Assembly: GCA_013115125.1 (NCBI GenBank)
Contig: JABANN010000023.1
Location: 62,001 to 122,549 of the forward strand
DNA length: 60,549 bases
Source: Perkinsus olseni
Taxonomy: Eukaryota
Reading direction: 5' to 3'
Shown here: positions 36,726 to 48,891 of the stretch, piece by piece
How positions within the stretch are numbered: position 1 is the stretch's first letter
Layout: every line of letters starts with the position of its first letter
Notes under the pieces: generated by a model
Seen by the model: only the letters and a program-made list of their open reading frames with translations
Database searches by the model: none
Told to the model about the DNA's origin: nothing
Translations under genes and position numbers: made by a program

Positions 36726-37652
36726 CTACTCGAAGTAGCATCCAAATACCATGGCCGTGCCCAACAGGAAGCGCTGAGAAGAAGGAAGGAGGACGAATGA
36801 ACTCAACCGAACGTTGGAATCTCAATACAATCAATGACAAGTTGTCATCGGACGATCGTAGTTGTCAATGACAACTACGATCGACTTCTCAACCTTTGTG
36901 GTAGGAGATATTCTAGTTAACACCCCTGTGCCCCTATGGATATCGACAGAAGAGATTATCTATGGCTTTCAGTCACAGTAGGAAGCACTTCGACCAACAA
37001 TACAACCACTACTAGTTGTATCGAGTAAGTTTAGTAGTAGAACGATGGACGCAACGTCACGCGAGTGTATGTGGCCAACGGAGCGATCAACACGCCCCTC
37101 CCCAAGGTGGTGGTATTACACTTTGGTACGTGTATGATGCCCAGTTGTCCGTAGACTCGTCCCACAGTCCTTTACTACACACTCTTATACCCTGACCCTC
37201 ATTCTTGGATATTAAAACTTGAACCTAATGAGCAGACAAACTCCCCACCATTTATGCAATAAATTCAGTAGATGCCGTGACCAGGAATCGAACCTGAGAC
37301 CTACCATGATCTTATGTCTAGGTATGTTACACTCTTCCCTAACGCCATCCTTAATCTCCGCACACAGCTCCAACACCCACTGCTTGGTCTCCTCTTCACT
37401 CACATACTCCTCTACAGCCACGCAGCAATGGCCGTACGCCAGTCACCCGAAGGACTCACGATCCTCGAGCTTCGCCTTCATCGCACGCTCACATATCGCT
37501 TTAACCTTATTCGGTATGAACCTACAAGACGAAACCCGCACAGGTTCGATTCCCCCCTCCTCCTGCTAGTACCGTTCATTCTCCTTAGGCTCCATGATGT
37601 AGGTGTTCTCCCACTCATATGTTTGCTTCATACCAGGAGGAAGGGCGTCCAT
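36726..37652 (-). CDS. Tctex-1 family dynein light chain (TCTEX1D2/DYNLT2B-like)
   Basis: WENTYIMEP, IPRHKIMVQV, GQGIRVCSKGLWDESTDNWASY, and final exon RFLLGTAMVFGCYFE*. Confidence 0.88.
36834..36883. repeat. Paired 1-nt-spacer palindromes in the last Tctex intron
   Basis: atgacaa-g-ttgtcat followed by cgatcgtagttgtca-a-tgacaactacgatcg (15-bp arms), both centred on tgacaa. Confidence 0.85.
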
Positions 37653-37769
37653 CACACAAAGCCAGTGGATGGAAAGAACTGCAGCCCTCCACTACACTAC
37701 CACCTCAACACAACTCCACATATAGAAACTGTTCAGGTGATACAAGGCAGTGTACAAGTAAAGAGGTTA

Positions 37770-40700
37770 CTACGTTTTACTAGCTTCTGATGCAGGAAGG
37801 GCCGTACAGTATCTGTAAGAAGCACGCGTGGCGTTGACCGCCTGGTTGGGTTGGACAACAGCCTCACACCACTCGATAAATCACAACAGGATGAGAAAAC
37901 GAAAGACGCATTCGAGGAGCCCCCTCGTAGTACGCATTCCGAAGGGTCTGCTTGCAACACTTATATCCCCATTTCCCTTTGGCAATGTCAAACCAACTGC
38001 CCCATACGCTGCTGTGATTTAGCTCATGTTCATCCTCCAAATACTTGGACTTCCGCAAAGCCCTTTCCGTGCCTGATATGGAGAAGATGTGGTATGAGTC
38101 AGCGCACCCGCCTACATACCTTTAACGACAGTACCATCAACCGGGTCATACTCAACATAGGTCTCCCGTTCAGCATTAAGCACCTGATGGCAGTGAAACA
38201 CTCCACCAAAAGGAAATCCCCAAATCCAGTAAGAGGTCACTTCCACTAAACCCTCCGAAGACTGATGCTATCAGACCGTCAATAGAGTACTCATAGACAG
38301 ACTGACTGCGTGCAACCTACGTTGTCTGGTATGTGTAGATGCTCTTCACCTCCGTACTTCTCCAACACCTTCTTCTTCTCTTCACTCTGTACATCCTTAG
38401 ATCGGCTCTTGTACCTTCACCACCAAGCAATAAAATCCCCCCACACAACTCATCTGCATTCAACCAGAGCCCAATCCCTCTGCCCCTCTATTACTCTTTA
38501 AACATATGGGCCGCCAAAGTAGGGTTGGCGATATCATGGACGTTGATTCCCTCCTTGTAAGCTTCCCTAAAGCACACGACAATCGCCAACCCGGCCCTCC
38601 TGACCCTCATCGCCCTACCAAGCAAACGCCCTCTGCTGTATCATCTCCCCAGCCTGACCTGTCTCCCTTACGAAGTTATCACCAGCGTACAGAGAATCTC
38701 CAGCCGCCCCTGTAGACAAGGTTGCAGACCAACACCCCCTACCATAAATCCCACCTTTCGCAAAGGGGTCCTCCCTCATACTCCGTGATTTCGGATCGTA
38801 GTATGCCGAGTTAGGGTCTAGGTTCAACAGATACCTGTAGCGGTGGTGGGAAGGGGCAGGCTGGGCAGGCAGGACACTCACTTGGCGGTATCTTCTCTAA
38901 TACGTAGGTTCCGGCTGGTCGTCCGGGTTCGAGTGTCCTTGGCATCAGTGACAGCTCCGTGAACGTCAAAGTCCTTCACCTTAACACCCTCTTCATCGAG
39001 CGCTTCATCTGATAGAAAATCGTAAAACTGCGCCGATCAATCCGGCATCAACGGTCACCCAAGCCTCGGTCTACTGAACCATTCAATATGGCAGAGCCAA
39101 ACACCCAACAGCACAGTGGCCTTCTCCCTACTACCCTCCCCCTCAGATTCCGAATCGGTGTCCCCAGCTGAATCGATATCACTCTCGGCAGCATTATCAT
39201 CCTGAACATCACCTCATACCACTCCATCCCCAACTCCCCACAGACGACTACCCCTCCTTCGGCCAGCTTAGCCTTCTTAGCCGCCCTCTTCCGTTCTATT
39301 GCTTCCCTTCGCCTCTGCCTCGCTGCTTTCTTCTCAGCAAGCCGCTTAGACACTTCCGCTTCAGCCTGATCCCGCCAACACTCAGCAACCACACCCCCAT
39401 CCAAGAAACAACAATACCTTCTTCTTCCTAGCCTCTTCTACTTCATCAGCGTTCTTGATCACCTCCATGTACTCGCTAGGATCATAACTGAACCACTACA
39501 CTTCACCAACACCCCCATCCACCACGGCCGAATGCATCTGCGTTGCTCACGCGGACCCGTGTCCCCTCCCCGGACCTACCCTCGCCACCGATCGTGCTTA
39601 GCATCATAATCCATGTCGAGGTTCTCTACCTGAATGTTAACAACGTCATTACTACAAAGGTGGAAAGAGATTCCACGTTCCAAGAATTGTATCAAACATG
39701 CAGCCCCAGGTAGACCGTGAAGAGAGCAGCAGTGTAATTATAAGGGCGGCATTCAAAAAGACGAATCACTCTCGCCTTTGATTTCTCTCATATTCTTCGA
39801 TCACCATATGCCGCCCAGTTGTGACCTCGACGGAGATATTCCCTCACGCGAGTCAAGCGAGGTGGGGCAGGCAAGGGGAGCGCCGAAAGCTGGGCTAACA
39901 TCGGTAGCATACTGACACCCCTCCAATGCGTACATAGTCGTCGGATGCCAGATTCCGGCCAGTCCATTTAGCTCCTTTCTTCCTCGGACGCTCGAAGCAA
40001 TCCTTCCTTGTGTGAGTCGTTGATCCACAGTTCTCACCTACCAACCCAGCGCTCCTTCATTCGACGACCTACCAGCACCCATCAACACTTACATGCTCCC
40101 TTCACAAACTTAGTCTTCAAGTCCCCCTTCGTTCCACGAGTGTATCTAACCGAGCCTCTATTGACAGAGTGATGAACAACCGCGCGAGAGAACGAAGACT
40201 TCCATAGAAATTCACCAGAGGGACGATAAGAAAACCAACACAGTGGTGAAAGCCCTTCATCAACCACCCTTCCACTACTACGTGTCCTTAGAATCATGCT
40301 GCTTAAGGTTCCAAGCATGTTGATGCGCCAGAGACGGCCCTTGGTTCTGCTCCAGATACCTACAGCGAGGCATCACTCGATTGGACGGCGCTCCCCTGTA
40401 TGCTACCATGGCGCTTTCGTGATGAACTGCGGGTTGTGAGGGTTGATCATCTTTCCTGTGTTCACATCAACCTCAGCGTCAGCCGTACCTTGACGGAAGA
40501 GAAGAAGCTAACGAACGGTCGAGACTCTGCACGCTCTCCAATGCACCCGTAGGACCCATGCTCCTTCCACCGAGCAGGGACCAAGCCCGTAAGCTGGAGT
40601 CGTCTCGAGTACTCCCTGCCCTCCCCTACTCCCTAGAACTCTCAGTGCTACAGCTTACGCGACTGCCTTTGAATAACCACCGAACCGCCATATTCCATAA

Positions 40701-41026
40701 GTTGGTATCAATGGTGGTCTGCCGTGCACGATCATCCTCGGGACACCAAGAGAATTACCCGACCCTTCCTCGCCCGTTCACTACGAAGATCGTGAGAGAA
40801 CAGCGACGAGAAATAAAAAGACAAAACAGTATCTATAGGTCGACATTCACACCACGCCCTGTGTACTCCATAGGAGTATCTTCACCCGCTCCCAACTACC
40901 CGCCATTCTAGCCTCTTGCAACTGCTTTTCCCTTCTAAAATCATCCCGGCCTTTGAAGCCTTCTGCCGCAGCAGCCGGTGTAGCGTTAGTACCAGTCGCA
41001 GGAGCTGCCTTGGGTGAAGATGCCAT
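37770..41026 (-). CDS. SLU7: Pre-mRNA splicing factor Slu7
   Basis: [14 protein letters not shown], zinc knuckle [76 protein letters not shown]. Confidence 0.96.
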
Positions 41027-41159
41027 CACTACAACACGCACATCAACCAATTTTACTTCCGGCCGGGCGTGCGCGGATATCGTTGAGAAAATACAAGATA
41101 CGACTAAGTGCGCAAGATGCCAGCCCATTCCAACAGGCTCAGCCGGCTCCTTCTTTGGT

Positions 41160-43523
41160 ATGTCCAGCCGACAAGAACAGGTGAGGCCCCAAAACTCCTC
41201 TCGGTCGCCTTGGAGAGTCCTGCTCTGCCTGGGCTCCGCCTGCCTCTCAAGTATCCGTATTTTTCTGGTACAAATTTTCTATCAACGACACTGTGTGGTC
41301 CCCGTCTCTTTATCACACACTTAGTCGACTAGCCTACCCTCCCACCGCGGCGGTCTGTCGATGGCTCATCGCACCTCCCATCCTTACCTCAGAGCCGCAT
41401 CTCGAGGCCCAAGTCCCTGGAGGCCGCCCTCAACAAATTCGATGAGATCCAAGAGAAGCTACAGCCAGGTAACCCCAGGGGGCGGTTTCGGGCTCTTACC
41501 GTCTGTCCCGTCACGCCTCAGGTGCGAATGCTGGTAGCGTGTATGAAAGACAAGAGGGCCGAAGCATGACCATCGACCAGGGACTACCACCGCGAGTGGC
41601 TGAGAAACGTAAAGGGCGTTCTTTAGTGTATAGTGAATGGTCCCTGTTCCAGGTCAAGATCGCCGGTGTCAGACTATGCCGGATGCTATGGGGCATCGCA
41701 GGGGTGACACGGAGGTCTCTGAGGAACTGATGTCGATCATACATGACAGGCAAGAAGAGGTAAGCGTGCTGTCCTGCTTGAAGATCGAGCACAGCTGCCT
41801 TCATCTCAGCTCAAGAAACGCATCAGACGAGGATCGTTGTTCTTCGGGACCATCACTGACGAGCACTACGAGGCCTTCTGGGACCATCGCTGTGTGGTAA
41901 GCACCACTCAGCGACCAGCCAGCTCCGCTCACCAAACCACTCCATTCAGGTTCACGTTCATGGCTCGCTTGATAACTCCGACGTGCCCTTCAAGGAAAGG
42001 GAAGTGTTCCACGTCGGTTCGATACCCCTGAGTGAGGTCCACGACACCATGGGTAAGGGCGAGGGCGATGGGTTAGGCGCTGTTCATAATGGTTCTTCAG
42101 GCGTGTCGTTCTCCTGCATTAAAGGCTTCAAGGGCGAGGGCGACAATTCACTCAATCAAGACAACTTCTCTATAACTCGACTGGATAACGGTTGGGATAT
42201 CATTTGTGTAAATCGGGAGGTCGTGGGTTCGATACCTGGACCTGTCAGTTCTCCGCCCTGTCAGGTTATGGACGGCCATGGACCCAACGGGCACATGGCC
42301 AGCTACCGTGCCGTCAGGTCCCTGCCCTACTACCTAGCCCACAGCGACATACTCGAGCCCTCCCTGATGGAAAAGTAACGTCCCTTTAGCCTCAGCTACT
42401 TGTGCTTCTCACGTGGCAAGGCGGCCTGGCGGCCTGTCGAGCTCGACTGGGATTGTACGGTTGCCTGTAGGTGTATGGAACAATGCTTTCAACTCACCAA
42501 TCAGGACATGCTAGGACACGCCTTAGCCAATGATTATGAAGTGAGCTTGGGGCGCTTCACCGCGGTGCTACGTCGTGCTTCCCAAACACTTGTTATCGTC
42601 TAGGAGTATCTGCGTTAATGGACCGTAGGTTGACGAATTGTTTTGCGTCTTTCGATGTCTGCTGGGGGCCCCATGACTGTCCGGGTTGAACCTTGCATCC
42701 GCCCAGGCGTCCCTTGATCGTAGCAGAGAGCGGGAGGCTCGTGATCACCTATGGGCAGGTGCAAGCCTCTGGCACGACAGCTGTGGTTTTCATTCGCAAC
42801 CATAAGAAGGATCCCGATGTATTCTGGAGTGCCCACTGCGGCGATTCCCGTCTGGTGAGTGAAGAGATTATTCGCAGCGTCGTTGACATAACGAATAGGT
42901 TGTTGGGACCGAGGCGAAGAGGACGATGGAGTTTGTGACCGCTGACCACAAGCCCGACAGCCCTTCTGAGCAGCCCCGCATAGAGGCCTCCGGTGGTGAG
43001 GTTAGGTCCTTCACGTATGATGACAACTGGACAGTGTAAGAGATATACACTTGAGATCGGCTGTGATGTGCGGTGGATTAGGCACAGGATCTTCGTGAGA
43101 GATGCCGATTACCCTGGGCTGTGCATGGCGAGGTCCCTCGGCGACCTTTGTGTTAAAACGCACGGTGTCACGTGTGATCCAGAAGTGCACAGACACACCC
43201 TGCCTGACAGAAAGAGCAAGCCTCTCATTGTGAGCTTAGAAGGTCATTCGCCGTGCCACTAGGATCTACGTGCTTGGCAGATTATGGCCTCCGATGGCGT
43301 CTGGGAGTTCCTCTCGTCGGAGTGGGTCATGAAGGCCTTATCGCGCAAGGTCGGCACTGAGGGAGCTTCTAGGTGTATCCAGAAGCTGTCCAAGGAAGCC
43401 AGAAAAAGGTGACTTGGACTCCCCTCGGGTATTTCTCGAGTTGGACTTCTCTTCTCCAGATGGAAGGAAGAGGAGGGTGACTATTGCGATGATATAACAT
43501 CGGTTATCATACAGTTCAAGTGA
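41160..43523 (+). CDS. Protein phosphatase 2C (PPM family)
   Basis: NQDNF, VMDGHG.NGH, SGTTA, AHCGDSR, DHKP, GLCMARSLGD, MASDGVWEF, DDIT. Confidence 0.93.
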
Positions 43524-43900
43524 AGTGGTTCTCTCCGGTCAAGTCTGTCTGTCGTCTCCACCCTACACTCATCAAGCCGTCGTTGGCTAGTCCTCAAATG
43601 CCTTCACACGTCACATGATTCATTGCAAGTCGGCCTTATCTGTTGTGAGACCGATGTGAGTTTTGCGTCTGTGACGGTGGGAAGCTCCGAGGTACGCGGT
43701 AGTTCTAGCAGAAGTATCTCGAGCTTTGGGGCACCTCCGGTTAACACGATCAACTGTTGTCTCGAATTCTTTCTACTACCAGCCCTCTCTGAGAGGGTCT
43801 TCACAACCTGCTCAGGCTTGCGAGTCTTCCGCTGTTCGCTCTTTGTGCAGGGCAATAATATCGACTCGTGCTGTCACTGCAGTATTATGTCATCCCCCTA

Positions 43901-44760
43901 ATGTGTGGGACTTCCTTGAAGTCACCCGAGCTCTGGGCCAAGCTAGTAGCCACTAACGGCGCCGGCCTCACAGAGGCTGAACAGAAGCAAATCCTAGAGG
44001 AGCTCAACAAAGAGCGGGCCCATAGGTTAAAGACTCAACAGGAACTGCATCGGAAACGAAACGAGGTGATAAATCTGCCGTGGACGTCTTGGCGGAGTGA
44101 CTCGTCCCTTGGCAGGTGAATCGAGAAAAAGAGATGATTCGAAAACGAGAACAAAAGGTGAAAGAAGAGCAGATCACAGCGGAACTAGAAGAGCGACAGC
44201 AGCGCCGCAAAGAAGTAACTGAGCTCGTTGTATTCTCTTGTGACTTTCACTTTACCGCACAGTCTCTTCTATCAGACCGAAACTTCCCATCCTCTTTGTT
44301 AGGAGCTGAAGATTTGGTTGGATAAGAAGGAGACTGAGAATCGCGAGAGACTCGCACGCGAACGTGCACAGATACGGTATACCCTATCCCCCTCTGTTTT
44401 ATATAGTTGAACTCAGCAGAGTACATGAGGCTGAGAGTATACGCGTGAGAACTCTATGAATGTGAATCAGTGAGAGTATTGAATGCTCTAGAGGTGATGC
44501 TAGTATCGTTGAGAAAGTTGCCCTGGCATGGTTAGCGTGGTTGTCCATGTGAGTATCTTGGTAGGGCCCTGCAAGATGCCGAACGGGTCAAGAAAGAGCG
44601 AGAGCAAGAACGACAAGAGCTTTTCGACAAGGAGCGTGAGGCTCGCTTGCGTCGAGCTGCGCGCCAACAGGCTAATCAGCGACTACGATTGGAGCAATCC
44701 CAGACCGAAGGCGGCTCCGGTCAGTTAACCATCGTCACCAATCACTCGACAGCTTCCTGA
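43901..44760 (+). CDS. E/K/R-rich coiled-coil protein (multi-exon)
   Basis: Charged exons (EQKQILEELNKER, REKEMIRKREQK, ERVKKEREQERQE) linked by GT-AG introns. Ends uncertain; may extend to ~45060. Confidence 0.6.
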
Positions 44761-45773
44761 CCAGGTCGAGCCACTTCGCTGAGCCTGTCCGGAGGAAGTA
44801 CTCCTGTTCTCCCCACGACACCCGACTTGGAGGTTCGTCAAGTGCATCATCATGTACATTACCATCATGGCTTGGACGCAGAGACACTCGAGTTATCCGC
44901 GGAAGAGAGACTACGGATTGAGTAGGGGGGCTGACGTACGACGGGAGGCGATTCATGGCCCTGCAGGATTGAATCTGAGGCTGCGATCATTGGCGACGAA
45001 TGCAGGACACGACCCGTCGCGAAGGAGGACTACTTGGTACCGCTCCCGCGGCAGGACATGGTGAAGGCCGAGGCCCCATAGTTTGTGATAGGGGAATTTT
45101 CAGGCCCGCGCGAAAAAGTTGAAGAAATTTTTCAAGAGTACACAGGATGCTTTCGCAACGTAAGGTATCATATCTCCTTCGCGTTGACTGGCCAGCTCGA
45201 TTGGCTATTCTCTAGCGCGACAGGTACTCCTTTGGAGCCTTGCCGCACAGGCGCAGGCCGCCCTTGTGAGGTTGAGCCGTCATGTTCCGAGTCTTTGTCG
45301 GCGCGGTTGTACCTTGCGTTAAGTAATGTTGCACTCGAGACCAATAAAGTATTCATCGACAGGCCGGCGGCGAGTATCCATTGTGAGACCGCTCGCCTGT
45401 GGTAAGCAGTACTGCGAGTGCGATGTTATATGAGATAATGAGTACTTAGTGATGGTGATGAGTAATGTGGGGCTCATCAAACTGTCTCGTTTTACTGGCT
45501 AGTCGTCAGCAGCCTCATCGTCATGCAGATGACACGGTCAGTGGATCTATGAGAGATCGTCTCTCCTCTAGGCTCAATTGTCTTATGTGCGCTTCCAGAG
45601 TAGATCTTGAGTGTCACAGAGTTTATCGAGCATCCGCATCACGCTGGGCAGGCTGCTCCTTTCGAGTTGGAAGTCCCAAGGGCATGTTCTATTCAATCGG
45701 GGGCTCAGTTCAGCGGATAAACGAGCAACTTATCTATATTAAAATCCGCGCGGAGAATGTTATGTGTTCGCGC

Positions 45774-46039
45774 GCGTACGCACGAATCTCGCTCGCCCAT
45801 TATTCGCTGCATGAAACGGTTGCAGCCCATCGGCTGCAATGGATAGAAGAAGAAGGTTTAATTCCCATTATACTCAATCCTATGTCCATCCCAGGTGTTG
45901 TTGATTCGCATGCGTACGCACGAATCTCGCTCGCCCATTATTCGCTGCATGAAACGGTTGCAGCCCATCGGCTGAAATGGATAGAAGAAGAAGGTTTAAT
46001 TCCCATTATACTCAATCCTATGTCCATCCCAGGTGTTGT
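45774..46039. repeat. Direct tandem duplication, 138-bp period
   Basis: gcgtacgcacgaatctcgctcgccc...cccaggtgttgt begins at 45774 and again at 45912, nearly identical. Confidence 0.93.
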
Positions 46040-46143
46040 CGAGTCAACCAGTGCGGGTGTTACTACTAACATTATGCCATGTTGTACGTACAACGGGACA
46101 GCTCGTGTCCCGCTTGTGCCTCCCACGGATTAAAATCATTTTC

Positions 46144-46374
46144 CTAAGGAGAATGTCATTTTCCTAAGGAAGAAATCTCGCTCGCCCTCGACACTTTTCT
46201 AAGGAGACTTTGCACTTTTCTAAGGAGACTTTGCACCTTCCTAAGGAGGTTTTGCACCTTCCTAAGGAGATTTTGCTTTTAGTCGCTGTCTTGTGCGCGC
46301 GCGTGCGGCACGACGCGGCGGCGTATTTTCGGGCGAGCGAGATTTCTTCCTTAGGAAAATAACATTCTCCTTAG
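46144..46374. mobile_element. MITE-like element with 44-bp inverted repeats and internal ~21-bp tandem repeats
   Basis: 46144-46187 and 46331-46374 are reverse complements with one mismatch. Internal cac(t/c)tt(t/c)ctaaggag.(c/t)tttg units occur about four times. No clear TSD. Confidence 0.7.
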
Positions 46375-47342
46375 ATTTCTGCAATTCACCGCCTCCCACG
46401 CCGGCAGGCTAGTGCTCTGAGTCCGACCTCGAGTCCTCGATAAAGGTTGGAGTAGACGGGCGTCCTCCTCCCGACGTCCTCCTTTCATCTGAGGTCTTCG
46501 AGAGGTAGCTTGTGCCTGCGGACTTCGTAGTGCGGAGCCGCGATCTGTGCCCTTTGTGGTATCGTCTCCGGCCACGGTATAGTTTGCCTTCGCGTTACTC
46601 TCGCTGCCATCGTGAGGTCTTGTCGATGTTACCGACGCCAGTGGGGTGTCGCGCCTCCGGAATCAATGCAATTCAAGCTTGTCGCCAGGCGTTACAACCT
46701 CCACAAAAATGATGCGCTGTTCTTGCAAATTGCACGAATCGATCTTCGCGAACACCCGACGCAAGTGCGTACGTGCGGTCCTCCGAAGGGAACTAACGGG
46801 CCTTGGTCAACTCGTTGAAGAGCTGGTTTGCGAACATAGAATCGAATTGTGGCTGGGACTGTACGCCGTGAGTTTGTGCCGGCTCATGGCGGCCTTAGAC
46901 AGACCCTTGGGATGCCTTTGCAGCAACTGTGGAGATCGGGCTCGTGAGATGAGGACACTTGGGATGCTCGAGGGTTCACTCGGCCAGTCGTCAGTATGAA
47001 TGGTAAGCCGTTTGCTTGTAGCTCTTCACCTCCTGCTTGGGCCCGTCTCTACGAAGCACGTTATGGGATGTACCAGCAGCCGTCGTCGCGCTGGTGACTC
47101 AGTCGTAGACCCGGATTTAAGACCTTTGTCTGCAAGGGCTACGAAGCAGGGTCTTGCTTGTTCTTCTCCGTGCGAGCAAGGCTCAGCTTCTACGGGTAGT
47201 CAGGCACTCCATCACGGTAAGCCCGAGGCGTTCACGTTTCTCAGGTTTACCCTTGACGCCTCGGCCAGAGTCTCGCCATCAGTTGGCTCACGGAAGGCTA
47301 CTTACTTGGAGGTAAGATTGGATTTCTTGCTCTTCAAGCAGC

Positions 47343-47422
47343 CTCACTAATAGTGAAAAAGGCAGAAAGGGCGATCGAGCATCTCATAGTGAGTCACTAT
47401 GAGATGCTCGATCGACCTTTCT
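47343..47422. repeat. Double-hairpin scar with perfect 21-bp-arm palindrome (inferred target ctcactat)
   Basis: ctcacta-a-tagtga at 47343-47356, then cgatcgagcatctcatagtga-g-tcactatgagatgctcgatcg at 47372-47414, extended by agaaagg/cctttct. Confidence 0.92.
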
Positions 47423-48891
47423 TTTGTGAGACTCGGAAGTCGTTGATGATGTTGCTGAGCATTGTCCGTGAAGGTCACCGATCGAGCCCCATTCTGCACG
47501 CCGAAACCGACGGAGCGACGGGCCGACCAGACCCCGGCGTGTGAAACATCGTGGACATCACCCAACCTTTCCGAAACGGCAAAGTAATGTCGGGGTTAAT
47601 CCTTGGGTGGGGCCCATCTCGAAGATGCTGTGATCATCAGGCCCGGGTGATCATAGCAAAAGACCTTCGCCGACGTACAAGTCGAGTGACCAAGTGGAGT
47701 ACAACAGAGTCGAGCGCAGGTTGCGCAGTAGCAGGAGGATGCCAAGGTGGTTCAGCTGTGTATGCGCTGTTTCACGATACCCAATGCAGGACGGCCCGCC
47801 ATCCGGGCGAGCCGGTTCACAGCAAGAGCTCTCATGACTTTGCCGCCCACGCTCCTGCCGGCTACTGCGACTCGCCAACGGCATGTCGACGCCAATAGAA
47901 CTTTTCACCCTCCACAGCTGTCGTCCGGATTTCTCTGCTCGGCAACAACCCGTCTACTTTCATCACCCTGGGTGAGGGAAGCTCTACGCCTGCTGTGAAA
48001 TCATGGCTTCCTCGGCGTCCACATCAGGTCCATTTTAATGGGAAGATGGGTCATAGGCACGTCCTGTTGATGCACACGTAAGCTACTGCTGCTGCTGCTG
48101 CTGCGGTTGCATTCCTGTGTGAACCACGGGCTGAAAAAGCTGGTGGCTTCGTCCACTGTATACTATTATATTCCGTTCGGGTGGCACCCGGCTGGGGCGA
48201 CTTCTGTGGCACCCTTAGAGTGCCGACCTAGCGTTTACTTTTTCCGCCGTGCATCGTCGTTGTTCGGAACTACTAGCATCCGACTACATTGTGCTCCTGA
48301 GCGCACTCGTATGTGAGGGAAGATCGGCCACGAAGTCCCCTGTGGTGTGTCTGTGACGCAGTTGCAACTTCGTTCTGGCTTTGGCCTGATATTGTGGTAT
48401 GATCGAGCATTACCATTGTCTTTCTTCTGGGCTGTGACCCAGACAGCTCAACCTTGCCGTTCAGCAGGAAGGCAGCCGGTGGTCTCGTTTCATTATTCTC
48501 CTTGCGTGATTGAGTTCGTCCATCCAGAGTATTCACGCGACTTACAAAGTGTCATTGGTAACGCCTCCTTGCGCTGAGTAGAATCGCCGGTGTCGTAGCA
48601 TCTATAGCATTGCCGCACTCGATGGGTTTGCAAGGTGGGGCTGATAAGCTGCTGATTTGTTCGACCTGCTGCATCCGCGGACTCGTAGCTTGAAGCGTAT
48701 TGTGCAGTCGCCCTGGAGAAGGCTCGGCTCTCGTTGCCCCGGGTCAAACCATGCGTCCGCTGTACCAGTGAGGGTCCCTGCGATAGCCTCTCGAACGCGC
48801 AGTAGAGCGGAACACTTGACGAAGGTTCATAGGCAGCGACCGAGTCACATTCAGTCCGCTAACCGCACAAAGTTGAGTATTATTCCCGCCA

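Noticed and set aside
45465-46133. 222-aa ORF with an internal repeat
   Set aside because: It runs through the 138-bp duplication of a MITE-like element and has no recognisable domain; it is probably open by chance because the period is a multiple of 3.
47372-47414. miRNA precursor or protelomerase site
   Set aside because: The 1-nt spacer and the partner hairpin on the same 8-mer are better explained as an excision scar, and no resolvase gene is present.
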